A stretch of DNA of 64,000 nucleotides from an uncultured Gemmatimonadota bacterium (GTDB lineage Bacteria > JAAXHH01): the NCBI GenBank assembly GCA_951812955.1, contig OX638340.1:32001-96000 (forward strand). The letters run 5' to 3'. Of the stretch, positions 20,520-30,591 are shown piece after piece. The first letter of the stretch is position 1. The number at the start of each line of letters is the position of its first letter. The translations under genes were made by a program, and so were the position numbers. Below the pieces are notes generated by a model. It had not been told where the DNA came from, searched no databases, and was given only the letters and a program-made list of their open reading frames with translations.

Positions 20520-21530
20520 ATGTACTATGACCAGGGTTCGTTCGATATTCGATGCGAGTGGGGTGAGGAAGGGCTTCAGGAACTGCTGTCCGGCAGCAGG
20601 GCCGTGGTCATCGTCGACGTCCTGTCGTTTTCCACCAGCGTAGACATCGCGGCGGGCAATGGCGCCCTGGTCTACCCGTGCCGAACGAGGGACCATACGG
20701 CGGCTGCCTATGCCCGGTCGCGTGACGCGCTGTTGGCCAACACCACCCGGGAATTCGAAGGAGGCGGATATTCTCTGTCCCCTTCGTCCCTGGTGAACAT
20801 TCCCGCCGGTACCGCCCTGGTCCTGCCCTCTCCCAACGGGTCGACGCTCTCCCTGTCGACCGGCGATACGCCGACATTCGCGGGTTGCCTAAGGAACGCA
20901 ACGGCCCTTGCGGGCATTTTGCGGCGATACGGAACCGGCATCAGTATAATCCCCGCGGGAGAACGGTGGAAGGAACAACAGACGCTCAGACCGGCGATCG
21001 AAGACCTGGTCGGCGCGGGGGCCGTCATTCACGCGCTGGAGGGCTCCCGTTCACCGGAGGCCGAAACCGCCGCCAGCGCATTTGCGGCGTTCAAGGATGA
21101 CCTGCCGTCGGTCATTGGCGCATCGGGGTCCGGCAAAGAACTGATAGGCAGGGGTTTCGAGGAAGACGTGCGGCTGGCAGCGGCCCTGGACGCGAGCGAC
21201 AGTGTTCCGGTTCTGAAGGATGGGCCTACCGGTCGTCCCGCGAATCCGGCGTCGTGGAGTTGTGACTGCAATGCGGTCTTTGCGGCGGATTCCTTACACT
21301 TCGTAAGCCTTCCACGCACCCAGGCAACCGTGCCCTCGACGGACGTGAAGAAGCCGTTTTCCGGGCTCGGCGATGTACCCGGAAATCGAGTGCATCCCGA
21401 CCGCGCCGTGCCGGCAGATCCCGCTCGGGTCGTTCTCGTGATCGGCCAGAATCTCCTTGATCGTGTCCACGTTGATCGTCCCCCAACGCGACCGGACAAG
21501 CTGCCGGATGCGGTCCAGGCGCGGACATGA
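20520..21530 (+). CDS. 2-phosphosulfolactate phosphatase (ComB)-like protein; the 3' region is questionable
   Basis: VVIVDVLSFSTS motif resembles ComB VIDVLRAST. The ORF runs about 100 aa beyond typical ComB length and overlaps the convergent C45 gene. Confidence 0.5.
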   Translation: MYYDQGSFDIRCEWGEEGLQELLSGSRAVVIVDVLSFSTSVDIAAGNGALVYPCRTRDHTAAAYARSRDALLANTTREFEGGGYSLSPSSLVNIPAGTALVLPSPNGSTLSLSTGDTPTFAGCLRNATALAGILRRYGTGISIIPAGERWKEQQTLRPAIEDLVGAGAVIHALEGSRSPEAETAASAFAAFKDDLPSVIGASGSGKELIGRGFEEDVRLAAALDASDSVPVLKDGPTGRPANPASWSCDCNAVFAADSLHFVSLPRTQATVPSTDVKKPFSGLGDVPGNRVHPDRAVPADPARVVLVIGQNLLDRVHVDRPPTRPDKLPDAVQART

Positions 21531-22325
21531 GTCGGGCAGGTGTCCGGATTCGTGATCGGCGAACTCGGAAGTCAGGTAATGGTTGGTATGCAGGCAGGCG
21601 TCCGGATGGGCGTCCTGGTACCGGGCAATCCCTTCGGGCCGTATTTCCACGGTATCGATGCTTCCCTGTCCGTCGCACAGTACCAGGTTGGCGGCCGAGC
21701 AGGTGCGGTGCCTGGCAAGAAGTCCCACGCAGTCCCCGACCGTCCGCTGTTCCAGGACCAGACGCTTGATCGGGTAGTGGGGCAATCCCATCCGCCACGT
21801 ACATCCGTAGAGGGCATTGGCGAAATGGGCTACGCCGTACTCGTTCATTCCTGAATAACCCAGCTGCCCGGCGAATGTGAACATCAGCGCACGGGGCCGG
21901 CCATCGCAGGGTTTTACCCGCAACAGGATCGCGACATCGGCGTATTCCGGCTCTAGATCCTGGTTTTGTCCGGCCAGCGTGTTCCCATCCGCTGTTGCCG
22001 ACCGCGTGAGCGCGAAGGCGGTACAGGCCCCGACCGCCATTTGCGCGGCTTCGGCGCGGGCCTGGCACAGCACGGCTTCCTCCAGGCTGATGCCCGCGCC
22101 AGCCGCCAGTCCTCGCACCTCTTCGGCGAAGGCAGGACTCAGTTGCTCGAACAGCGGCCAGAAACCCATGGCGTTCCGGCACAGCGCATCCCGGGGCCTC
22201 CCGGTCAGCCGCTCGATCCAGAGCAGGTACCGCTGGACGGGACCGGCTGCCTGCGCGCCATGCTGGTAACCCATTTCGTAGCCGCTGCCTTCGACTTCAA
22301 TCAGGGGGAAAGTATGATCGTTCAT
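21294..22325 (-). CDS. Peptidase C45 / acyl-CoA:6-aminopenicillanic-acid acyltransferase-like protein (Ntn-hydrolase)
   Basis: N-terminus FPLIEVEGSGYEMGYQHG is characteristic of the C45 family. 343 aa. Confidence 0.65.
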   Translation of the reverse strand: MNDHTFPLIEVEGSGYEMGYQHGAQAAGPVQRYLLWIERLTGRPRDALCRNAMGFWPLFEQLSPAFAEEVRGLAAGAGISLEEAVLCQARAEAAQMAVGACTAFALTRSATADGNTLAGQNQDLEPEYADVAILLRVKPCDGRPRALMFTFAGQLGYSGMNEYGVAHFANALYGCTWRMGLPHYPIKRLVLEQRTVGDCVGLLARHRTCSAANLVLCDGQGSIDTVEIRPEGIARYQDAHPDACLHTNHYLTSEFADHESGHLPDSCPRLDRIRQLVRSRWGTINVDTIKEILADHENDPSGICRHGAVGMHSISGYIAEPGKRLLHVRRGHGCLGAWKAYEV

Positions 22326-22379
22326 GGTGCTCTCCTCCGGTTTTGTCCGGGCCCGGTCTGACTGCCGAGCAAAGTGCCT

Positions 22380-25300
22380 TCAACGCGGGTTCCCGGTGTA
22401 CGTCCAAGCCCTCCATCCTTGCAGCATCGGGAAATAAAGACCCAGGTTTACCGGTCCGGAATACATTGACTGCAAGACGCTCGCATAGCCCTCCAACTGG
22501 TCGCGGTACCGCCGCTGTTCATTGTCCAGGAACCCTTCGAGGTCCCCGCCGGTATGGGCGCTGGTCTTGTAGTCGATGATCCAGCGCCTGCCCTCGGACA
22601 CGAAAGTCCGGTCCACGACGTATCGTTGGATCCTTCCGTCTAGAAACGTGGTAAGGGCAAGCTCTCTTTCGTCGCTCGGGTGCCGCGTCAGGATCCAGCG
22701 GCCTCGTTCGTCAGCGACGGTATTGCCGAGGGCGGACGTCGCCCTAGCAACCGCCTCGTCCAGCTTCTCACCGGCCAGTCCTTCCTGCCTGAGCGCAATG
22801 CGGAGCGTGTCCTCCCGGAAGTTCAGAAGATCCGGTGCGTACATGCGCTGAAGCATCCGATGCACGACAACCCCGACCCGGCGCTGAAGTTCGGTTACCC
22901 ACTCGAAGGTGGGATGCGCCGATTCGTGGCCTACCGGATCCGAGGGGTCAAGCCGCGGTTTAAGGTCGACGTTTTCAGGTAAAGGTCCGGGCGTCCAGCC
23001 CGCAACCAGGCGGCGGAGCGGCACGCCCCGGGGCTTCGCGTCGGCCAGATCTTCCTCCGGTTCCTGCTCTCCGCGGTCCTTCATCATCGACTGGAATTCA
23101 GGCTCTACCGCGTTCCAGATTCTTGCCAGCAGCGTTCGTGAGCCCGGCGTTTTCAGCGTTCCGCGCTCTGGATCGGTTTCGGCGTGACCGAGCAGATGCA
23201 GGCATTTCCGCGCCCTGGTGGCAGCTACATAGAGCAGGCGGGTCCGTTCGTGGTCGCGCTTTCGAGATTCAATGCCACCCAGGTAGGCGTAAAGCGGGTC
23301 CTTATCGCCGCCAGTCGCGCGAATAGGCGCCAGCAGAAGCCGGGACCGATCGCCGCGGGCATATTCGTGCCACAGGAGTAATTTCGGATCCTCCGCCCGG
23401 GGAAGCCGGCCCAGCCCCGGAAGGATGACGGTATCGAATTCCAGCCCCTTGGCCCGGTGAATCGTCAGCAATTGCACGTCCCCGCCGGCTTCGACGTCTG
23501 AAGGAGCGAAAAGGCGCTCGACGTCATCGGCGAATTCCTTCTCGTCCGGGATGCCCAGTCCGTCCTGGGCCCGTTCCAGGAGATCGAGAAAAGCGGAAGC
23601 GTCTTCACGTTCCGTCCGCGTTTCCAGACACTCCGGTCCGCCCAGCGCGGTCCAGGCGCCTTCCACCAGCCGTCGTGGCGGCAACCTGCCCCGCAGGGTG
23701 AACGCGTCGGCGAAAATGGGTATCAGGCGGCCGATCCTGGATACGGCGTCAGGAGACAGCCGCTCCCGTCTCTCGCGGTCCTGCAGAAGGTCCCATACGG
23801 CGGATGCGGCGTTGCCTCCAACCAGGATTTCCAAATCCTTCAACGTGAGGCCGCACCACGGAGCGCGCAATATCGCCAGCCAGGCCAACCGGTCGCCGGG
23901 ATGCAGGAGCGCCTGTGTCAGTGACATCAAGTCCCGCACCACCGGACGGTCCCCCAGGGCGTCGATCTCCACGGCCCGGAATCTCTTGCCGTTTTCTCGC
24001 AGGGCGGAAACGATACCGGTCAGATGACTGCGGGCGGAGACCAGGACGGCGATGGTCTCGCCCGGTCGCTCCGCCTGCGCCTCGGAGATAACTTCGACCA
24101 CCCGTTCGGCTTCGGCGTCCTGGTCACGGACCAGGAAGGGGTGGAAGCGCACGCAACTGTCCGCTTTCTCGGACTTGAAGGCCACGGAAGGCTCGTAAGT
24201 TACCGCGCCCGACAGGATGTCCTCGTCAGGGGGGAACGCGTCACGCAGCGCGCGGTTCACCCAGACCACGACCCGAGGATACGAGCGGAAGTTCACCGAC
24301 AGCGCGAGGGGGATCGGCCGGATGGCGCCGACCCCGTTTTTCCGGGCCTGAAGAAAGAGCCCCACCTCCGCTTCGCGGAAACCGTATATCGACTGCATGG
24401 GATCGCCCACCAGGAACAGCGTCCGGCCGTCTCCGGGGCGCCAGTCCCTGATCAGGCTGGTGAGCAGGCCGTACTGGCTCTGGGAGGTATCCTGAAACTC
24501 GTCGATGAGCAGGTGCCGGATGTGAAAGTCCAGGCTGCGGGCCAGGTCGGTGGGCACCTTGTCGGGACCCAGCGCGGCCCGCGCCCCGATGCCGATCTCC
24601 GTGAAGTCGACGCACCCTTCTTCCCGGAACACGAGCCTGAGCTGCGCCACGGCCACGGGCAGCAGGAGCATCAGCGCGTTCAGGACGTCCCACTGTCCAT
24701 CTTCGAAACGCGGAGCGGGCAGCGACCGCAGCTCATGCAACGACTCGGCGAATACCGGGTCCAGGTCGATGCGGGCGAGCCTTTCTTTGGCGGCGCGTCC
24801 GGCATCGGTGGGGGGGAATCCATGGTTCCTGTTGACCGCCCTGCGCCGGGTTCCCTGAGCGGTCAGGAACAATTCCGCGAAACCGATCCAGCAGGGAAGG
24901 GATTCGGCATCGGAACCTGGAAATCCGGAAAGTCCGATGCATGCATCTATCGCGCTCGCCCGGTTCTCCGCACGCAGATTCTCTGCCGCGAAACCGGCGA
25001 GTTCAACGGTTTCGTTTCGGTGCTGTTCCGCGAATGCGCTGCGGACATGCTCCAGGGCGCTTTCGATAACCAGCCTGAGGGATGACTCCAGGTCCCTGCG
25101 CAATGCTTCGTGCTTTCGAGGCGCCGCGGATTCGCTCATCGCACCGGGATTCGCAGGATCGGACAGGTGCCGCATCCACTGGTCCCGGGTGCCCAGCATG
25201 ATACTCAGCAGACGCTCGACTCTACCGAAGTGGTTGTCCAGGTGGGAAAGCAGTCTGGACAAAGCCCCCGTCACGTCTGGCGGTGTCTCATCTGCGTCCA

Positions 25301-25787
25301 GCATGGCCACTGTGCGGCGTGCCGCACGGGCGTACAGGTGTCCTGCATTGTCCACCGGCCGAGGCGCCGCGCCCATGCGTGAAACCCAGGGCATCCGCCG
25401 TACCAGCATGGCACAGAGCGAATCGATCGTTTGTATTCGAAGGCGCGCGGGATGCTCGGCCAGCCGCCAGTCCAGCGCGTCGTTGCGGGCAACGGCATCC
25501 CTCGCAAGCTGCCAGGTATGGATTTCGTGAGGCGTCGCAGGGCGCGGTCCCGCGGCGCTTCTCAGGGCCGCGACGATCCGATGGCGCATCTCCGCGGCCG
25601 CCTTCCTGGTAAAGGTAATGGCCACGACGGCCTCCGGACGGTCCACCTGTGCCAGCAAGGCCAGGTATCGCTGTATAAGCAATTCGGTCTTGCCGGACCC
25701 CGCGGGCGCCTGGACGATGAACGACCGGGTATGGTCGAGCGCTTGTAGGCGTTGCGCCTGGTCTGCCACGCGTTCAGCCACGGTCAT
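22380..25787 (-). CDS. addA: Double-strand break repair helicase AddA (UvrD-type helicase with a C-terminal PD-(D/E)XK nuclease)
   Basis: AGSGKTELLIQRY Walker A and UvrD motifs. C-terminal IIDYKTS nuclease motif. Start set at the internal ATG (MTVAERV), which reduces the overlap with addB to 14 nt. Confidence 0.85.
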   Translation of the reverse strand: MTVAERVADQAQRLQALDHTRSFIVQAPAGSGKTELLIQRYLALLAQVDRPEAVVAITFTRKAAAEMRHRIVAALRSAAGPRPATPHEIHTWQLARDAVARNDALDWRLAEHPARLRIQTIDSLCAMLVRRMPWVSRMGAAPRPVDNAGHLYARAARRTVAMLDADETPPDVTGALSRLLSHLDNHFGRVERLLSIMLGTRDQWMRHLSDPANPGAMSESAAPRKHEALRRDLESSLRLVIESALEHVRSAFAEQHRNETVELAGFAAENLRAENRASAIDACIGLSGFPGSDAESLPCWIGFAELFLTAQGTRRRAVNRNHGFPPTDAGRAAKERLARIDLDPVFAESLHELRSLPAPRFEDGQWDVLNALMLLLPVAVAQLRLVFREEGCVDFTEIGIGARAALGPDKVPTDLARSLDFHIRHLLIDEFQDTSQSQYGLLTSLIRDWRPGDGRTLFLVGDPMQSIYGFREAEVGLFLQARKNGVGAIRPIPLALSVNFRSYPRVVVWVNRALRDAFPPDEDILSGAVTYEPSVAFKSEKADSCVRFHPFLVRDQDAEAERVVEVISEAQAERPGETIAVLVSARSHLTGIVSALRENGKRFRAVEIDALGDRPVVRDLMSLTQALLHPGDRLAWLAILRAPWCGLTLKDLEILVGGNAASAVWDLLQDRERRERLSPDAVSRIGRLIPIFADAFTLRGRLPPRRLVEGAWTALGGPECLETRTEREDASAFLDLLERAQDGLGIPDEKEFADDVERLFAPSDVEAGGDVQLLTIHRAKGLEFDTVILPGLGRLPRAEDPKLLLWHEYARGDRSRLLLAPIRATGGDKDPLYAYLGGIESRKRDHERTRLLYVAATRARKCLHLLGHAETDPERGTLKTPGSRTLLARIWNAVEPEFQSMMKDRGEQEPEEDLADAKPRGVPLRRLVAGWTPGPLPENVDLKPRLDPSDPVGHESAHPTFEWVTELQRRVGVVVHRMLQRMYAPDLLNFREDTLRIALRQEGLAGEKLDEAVARATSALGNTVADERGRWILTRHPSDERELALTTFLDGRIQRYVVDRTFVSEGRRWIIDYKTSAHTGGDLEGFLDNEQRRYRDQLEGYASVLQSMYSGPVNLGLYFPMLQGWRAWTYTGNPR

Positions 25788-28452
25788 CCTCCGGTTCCTC
25801 CGTCCCCTGTCCAATTCGGCACAGCGACGGCAGCGCGCAGTGCCTGCAGGTCTGAGCCGGGTCTTTGGGATCCACATGGGCCCGGCCCTCCCGGAAGTCG
25901 CGGCCGAGGCGGTCCAGCACCGTCCTCCAGTCGCCTATGGTCTGTTCCATCGGCGGCTGCTCCTCGGGTACCCGGACCCCCGGCACGATGCCCGGGGACT
26001 CGGCCAACCCCCTGAATCCGGCTTCTCCCGTCCTCAGCCTGGCGAACACGACACCCGCTACCGGCGCATCCGCGCAAACGGCGTATATGGGCAGCTGGGG
26101 ATCATCCGGTCTCGCGCCTTTCCAGTCTGATGGCCCGCATTCGCCGGTCTTGTAATCGAGGATGACCAGTTTCCCGTCCTCCAGGCGATCCACCCGGTCC
26201 GCCCGTATATTCACCTCGATGCCGCCGACTTCAACCGTCCGTCTTTCCTCCTGGTCGACGACCGTGAAGGGCTGCCGAAGGCGTTCCAGGCGCAGCCAGT
26301 CTCCGATGACGGAAATCAACCTGGCCTGCTCGATTTCCGCGAACCGGGGATTTCGCAGGATCCGGCCGCCCAGCATGCCCCGGACTTCGGGTTCGACGTG
26401 CGAACGCACGATTTCCGTCAGCTCCTCTTCAGTCACTTCGAGCAGCCCCCCGTGAGACTTGAGCCGTCCCCACACCCGTTCGAGAACGCGATGGACGAGC
26501 AGTCCCCGCTCGAGTGCGTTCAGTCCGGATTCAGGTTCCTCCAGCGCCCTGGCGCCAAGGCGCATTTCTGCAAATGCCTTGAATGGACAGGCCGCCTGGA
26601 GCTTGAACAGGAAGGTCCCGCCCCCGAGCGCCATATCGTCGCACGGCGGTCCGTAGTGGTCGTCCACCATCTCCAGCACGGAAGCGCTTCGGAGTCGTTC
26701 CCCGTCACCGGGCGACAGCTGGATCCCCAGTTCAGCAGCCGAGGTTTCGGGCAACATGCTTACGAGCGGGCTGACGCGCAGGTCCGTGTCCTCTTCCCGC
26801 TCCGGATAGCTGACGACGACGGAACGCGCGGCCGAAAGAAGGCGTCCTGTGAGCGTCCGGGTGAGTTCGAGTTCCCGTTCAGGCGACGATCCGGGGAGGT
26901 CGTAACGGCGTTGAAGACGAAGTGGAATGAACGGATCCGGTGCGGGATCGGCCGGCCACGCGCCGTCATGCATGCCCATCATCCAGAGCCGGTCGAAACG
27001 CAGGCCCGAGCTTTCTAAAACACCCAGAATCTGCACGGGGGCCGGCGTGGATTCCGGTTGAAACAACCTGGCCGAAGCGAGATTTCTCAGCATGGACACC
27101 GCCGCGTGGCGTGTTACGCGGCCGGACACGGCGTCCAGACCGGCCAGCTCGGAGAGCAACTCGTGCCAGACTTCCAGGGTCTGGTATTCGATACTGTCGA
27201 GCGTGCGGTCACCGGGCCATCCAATGTCGCGTAGGAACCCCGACAGGACCGGAGCCCAGTCGCTTGGCAGCCGCGGGGCCTGAATCGCCTTGTACTTCTC
27301 TGCCCATGTCCCACACAGGGACGTGAATACGGGACACCCGTCGGCGTCCCCTCGTCTGCCGGCCAACCCGATCAACTCCGATATGGAGACATCCGGTGCT
27401 CCTCGGGCGCGCAGAGCGGCGTCCAGCATGGCCCGGCGGGTCATTTCCTCCGCGGCCCCGGGTAGAAACGGAGACCGGAGTACACGGCCCGCAAGCTCGA
27501 CGGCGATATCCCCGGGGTCGATACCGAGGAACAGCAACGCCGTCTCGATTACGGGGTATTCATCGAGAGGCAGCCCCAGGGAGATGTTGAAGCATCGCGC
27601 CGGGTCGAGGTCAGGCCGGAGCCGGTCGCGGGGATGAAACACCTCGCCGAATACGCGCTCGATCTCACTTCTACGCCGTTCCAGTCCGGGCACGATGATG
27701 CCGATTCGGTACGCCGGGTCATGGGCGTCCGGATCGATTTCCACACACCCGCGGGCCCATTCTGCGGCGGCACGGAGCTCGCGGCCGGCGTCGGCAAGGC
27801 CCAGGCGCGCGGCGTCGCCGGCTTCATCAGGGCGCGCGCTTTCCCGGATCTCCACGCCGCGCCTTGCGAGGGCGTCGATCAGGCTCTGTTGGACAGGCGA
27901 GAGTTCCAGGAATCCCGCGAATTCGACTTCTTCGGGAACGGGAAACGCTTCCTGGTCGATGAGGTCACCCACAGCCGCGGTCAGTTCGGCGTTCGAAATC
28001 CAGTCGTTGCGGCGGCAACGATCGCGAAACGCTTCGGCCCAAGACAGAAAGGTCCGGGCGTCCGCGGATTCATTCCACGCCTCGTCGTCGACCGGCAGCG
28101 CCCAGCCGCACAGATGGTCCCAGGACCTGGTGGCGGCCTCAACGGTCGAAGGGACGTCCAGCAGGCTTTCAGATTCTACAGGCCCATCAGGCCCGGATCG
28201 AATGATGTTTTCCCAAATCAACCGTTCTTCAGCCGGCCGGAGCAGGCGTGCCAGCGTGGCCGGGTGATCGTAGAACAGCCCGTTCTGCCAGGTCTCCGAA
28301 AGCCATGCGGAGAGCGGCAGGATCTGTGCGGTTGGCCACGTGGTTTGCCCCGCCGTCTCCTGGTCCCGGTCATGGCTCAGGCGGAGATCGCGTGCGAGGC
28401 GCGTGGTCGCAGTGATAACGGTCATGGAGGCAATATCCGGATTACACGGCAA
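25774..28452 (-). CDS. addB: Double-strand break repair protein AddB (inactive helicase-like domain plus Fe-S PD-(D/E)XK nuclease)
   Basis: C-terminal ILDYKTGE nuclease motif and the Cys cluster CRHCALPSLC. Immediately upstream of addA on the same strand. Confidence 0.8.
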   Translation of the reverse strand: MPCNPDIASMTVITATTRLARDLRLSHDRDQETAGQTTWPTAQILPLSAWLSETWQNGLFYDHPATLARLLRPAEERLIWENIIRSGPDGPVESESLLDVPSTVEAATRSWDHLCGWALPVDDEAWNESADARTFLSWAEAFRDRCRRNDWISNAELTAAVGDLIDQEAFPVPEEVEFAGFLELSPVQQSLIDALARRGVEIRESARPDEAGDAARLGLADAGRELRAAAEWARGCVEIDPDAHDPAYRIGIIVPGLERRRSEIERVFGEVFHPRDRLRPDLDPARCFNISLGLPLDEYPVIETALLFLGIDPGDIAVELAGRVLRSPFLPGAAEEMTRRAMLDAALRARGAPDVSISELIGLAGRRGDADGCPVFTSLCGTWAEKYKAIQAPRLPSDWAPVLSGFLRDIGWPGDRTLDSIEYQTLEVWHELLSELAGLDAVSGRVTRHAAVSMLRNLASARLFQPESTPAPVQILGVLESSGLRFDRLWMMGMHDGAWPADPAPDPFIPLRLQRRYDLPGSSPERELELTRTLTGRLLSAARSVVVSYPEREEDTDLRVSPLVSMLPETSAAELGIQLSPGDGERLRSASVLEMVDDHYGPPCDDMALGGGTFLFKLQAACPFKAFAEMRLGARALEEPESGLNALERGLLVHRVLERVWGRLKSHGGLLEVTEEELTEIVRSHVEPEVRGMLGGRILRNPRFAEIEQARLISVIGDWLRLERLRQPFTVVDQEERRTVEVGGIEVNIRADRVDRLEDGKLVILDYKTGECGPSDWKGARPDDPQLPIYAVCADAPVAGVVFARLRTGEAGFRGLAESPGIVPGVRVPEEQPPMEQTIGDWRTVLDRLGRDFREGRAHVDPKDPAQTCRHCALPSLCRIGQGTEEPEDDRG

Positions 28453-28895
28453 GCGGTCTCAGGAATAGATTGGGCGGCGGTGCTGGCAGTCCGCTCGATT
28501 GTGCAGAAAATGCGGGGATAGACGCGCTTGAGGAAAGCAGTTTTTGACCTGGCCGGAATTTGGGGTTGTAATCGAAAGCATTCGCAGATCAAGAATCTCA
28601 TTACGGACCATGTTTGAAATAGATGCGTTACGTCGAGTATAACCGTACAGAAGCTATCTTGCGCAAAAAATTAAATAAAATACATCTAAGTTAAAAATAT
28701 TTGTTACGTATTATTCATTTATCGGATATATTGCTTGACATAGCCTAATTGTCACCGGCATAAGTATATATGAAACCCATGCATGTCGTGTTCCGGTCCG
28801 CTCCGCGCTGCGGTACAGACCGGATTTCGGAACTGCAAGAGATCTAATATCCTGTGGTTGGCGTGACGGGACATGAGCAGCGCGAGCGAGTCATC

Positions 28896-29369
28896 ATGAA
28901 TAAACATCAGAGAAGGAAGTTAACGGACAGGTTCGTGTTTGCCGTGGAACAGCTGAATCGCCAGATGTCCGGCGGGCATTGGGTAAAACTGCGGACAATG
29001 AACCTGAATGTTCACCAGGTCAACACGCTTCTGGTACTGAACCATTACGGTCCGCTGTGCATGAGCGCGATTGCCGGGCTGTTGGGCAGTACGCAGTCAC
29101 ACACCACGAACGTTGTGCGTAAACTGGTCGGCAAGAAGTACATGAAGCGAAAATCGGACCCGAATGATCGAAGAGTCGTGATCGGTGAAATCACAGACCT
29201 GGGTAAGCAAGCCGCGAATCGGTACCAGGATATCATCAGGCAACGAGCGACCATGGTGTCCGAAAGATGGGACGTGGAGCAATTGGAATCCGTTGTCACC
29301 TCATTGGAGTTACTGGGGCGCGGCGATGGGGAATCACAGTACAAGCCCGATTCCGGCCAATCCGGATGA
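28896..29369 (+). CDS. MarR-family transcriptional regulator
   Basis: Winged-helix region LNVHQVNTLLVLNHYGPLCMSAIAGLLGSTQSHTTNVVRKLVGKKYMKRKSDPNDRR. A 350-nt AT-rich divergent intergenic region lies upstream. Confidence 0.75.
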   Translation: MNKHQRRKLTDRFVFAVEQLNRQMSGGHWVKLRTMNLNVHQVNTLLVLNHYGPLCMSAIAGLLGSTQSHTTNVVRKLVGKKYMKRKSDPNDRRVVIGEITDLGKQAANRYQDIIRQRATMVSERWDVEQLESVVTSLELLGRGDGESQYKPDSGQSG

Positions 29370-29437
29370 GCACGAAGCATGTCGAGGCCGACTGGTCATC
29401 CGGTTAGGTGAACGTGAACATAGCTCCGGGATTACTT

Positions 29438-30574
29438 TCAGGCCGTCTCGCCGGCCAGGGTCGTGATTGCCTCCACCAGCGTATTCAACTCGGAATCACT
29501 GGTGTAGAACGCCACCGAAATCCGTACACCGGTCGGTTTGTTGATGTGGGTAGCCCGCTGGGTGATTTGCCAGCGGTTGCGGAGCGCTTCCGAGACCTCG
29601 TTTCCCTCCATGCCCTCGATTGCGAAAGCGACGATGCCGGACTGGGTTTCGGCGTGGCGTGAGCTGGTGACCCGCACGCCGGGAATGGCGTCGAAGCGCG
29701 AGCGCAGTGATTCCGCCTTTCGTCCCGCCTCCGCGGCGATGGCTTCCGGCCCGCCGATGCCGGTCATGAAGTCAAGGCTGGCGGCAAGACCCTGGTAGAG
29801 CATGCAGGCCGGGGTTCCTGTCTCGTACTGACGGGCCGTGCCATCGGGCTCGTGCGGCCGCCGCAGCGGTTTTAGTACTTGCTGCGCGCCTTTCCGAACA
29901 AATAGAAACCCGGTGCCCATCGGCGAGAGCATCCACTTGTAGCAGTTGGTGGCGTAGAAATCGCAACCCATATCGTGCAGATCCACCGGAAACTGTCCAA
30001 TGGCCTGGCAACCGTCCCAGAGCGTGAGAATGCCGCGTTCTCGAGCCAGTGCGCAGATCTCCCTGGCGGGCAGCCGGGTCCCGGTATCCGTCGTGACGTG
30101 GCTGAAACAGAATAGCCGGGTACGGGGGGTGATGGCCTGTTCCAGCCGATCCAGGATCAGGTCCGTATCCTGGTCGATATCGACCACCTTGATGACCGCC
30201 CCTTCCCGGTCTGCCAGACCCTCGGCGGCCTGCAGGGGGACCGGATGTTCTTCGTTGGTAATAATCACTTCGTCGCCCGGTTGCCAGCGAAGCCCGCCGA
30301 GAACCATGCCGTAACCCTCGCCGGTGCTCATCGACAACGCGATCTCCTCTGTTTCGGCGCCGAAGAAGCCGGCGATCGTGGCCGGCATTTCGGAAGCCGC
30401 CCGCTCCATCTCGGTGTACCAGTCGAACGTGCTCACACTGCCGCTGAGCAACTGCTGATAGCTATCGGCTATCGCTCCGTTCACGCTGACAGGGGGCTGA
30501 CCGAATCCTCCAGTGTTGAAATAAACACCGTGTTGCAGGCCCGGAATCTGATCTCGTATCCGTGCGACATCCAT
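29438..30574 (-). CDS. Class-V aminotransferase-fold PLP-dependent enzyme (cysteine desulfurase / isopenicillin-N-epimerase-like)
   Basis: MDVARIRDQIPGLQHGVYFNTGGFGQ start, the overall class-V pattern, and a PLP-lysine region. Start placed at the internal ATG. Confidence 0.7.
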   Translation of the reverse strand: MDVARIRDQIPGLQHGVYFNTGGFGQPPVSVNGAIADSYQQLLSGSVSTFDWYTEMERAASEMPATIAGFFGAETEEIALSMSTGEGYGMVLGGLRWQPGDEVIITNEEHPVPLQAAEGLADREGAVIKVVDIDQDTDLILDRLEQAITPRTRLFCFSHVTTDTGTRLPAREICALARERGILTLWDGCQAIGQFPVDLHDMGCDFYATNCYKWMLSPMGTGFLFVRKGAQQVLKPLRRPHEPDGTARQYETGTPACMLYQGLAASLDFMTGIGGPEAIAAEAGRKAESLRSRFDAIPGVRVTSSRHAETQSGIVAFAIEGMEGNEVSEALRNRWQITQRATHINKPTGVRISVAFYTSDSELNTLVEAITTLAGETA

Positions 30575-30591
30575 GGGCTTCCCTCTCCTCG

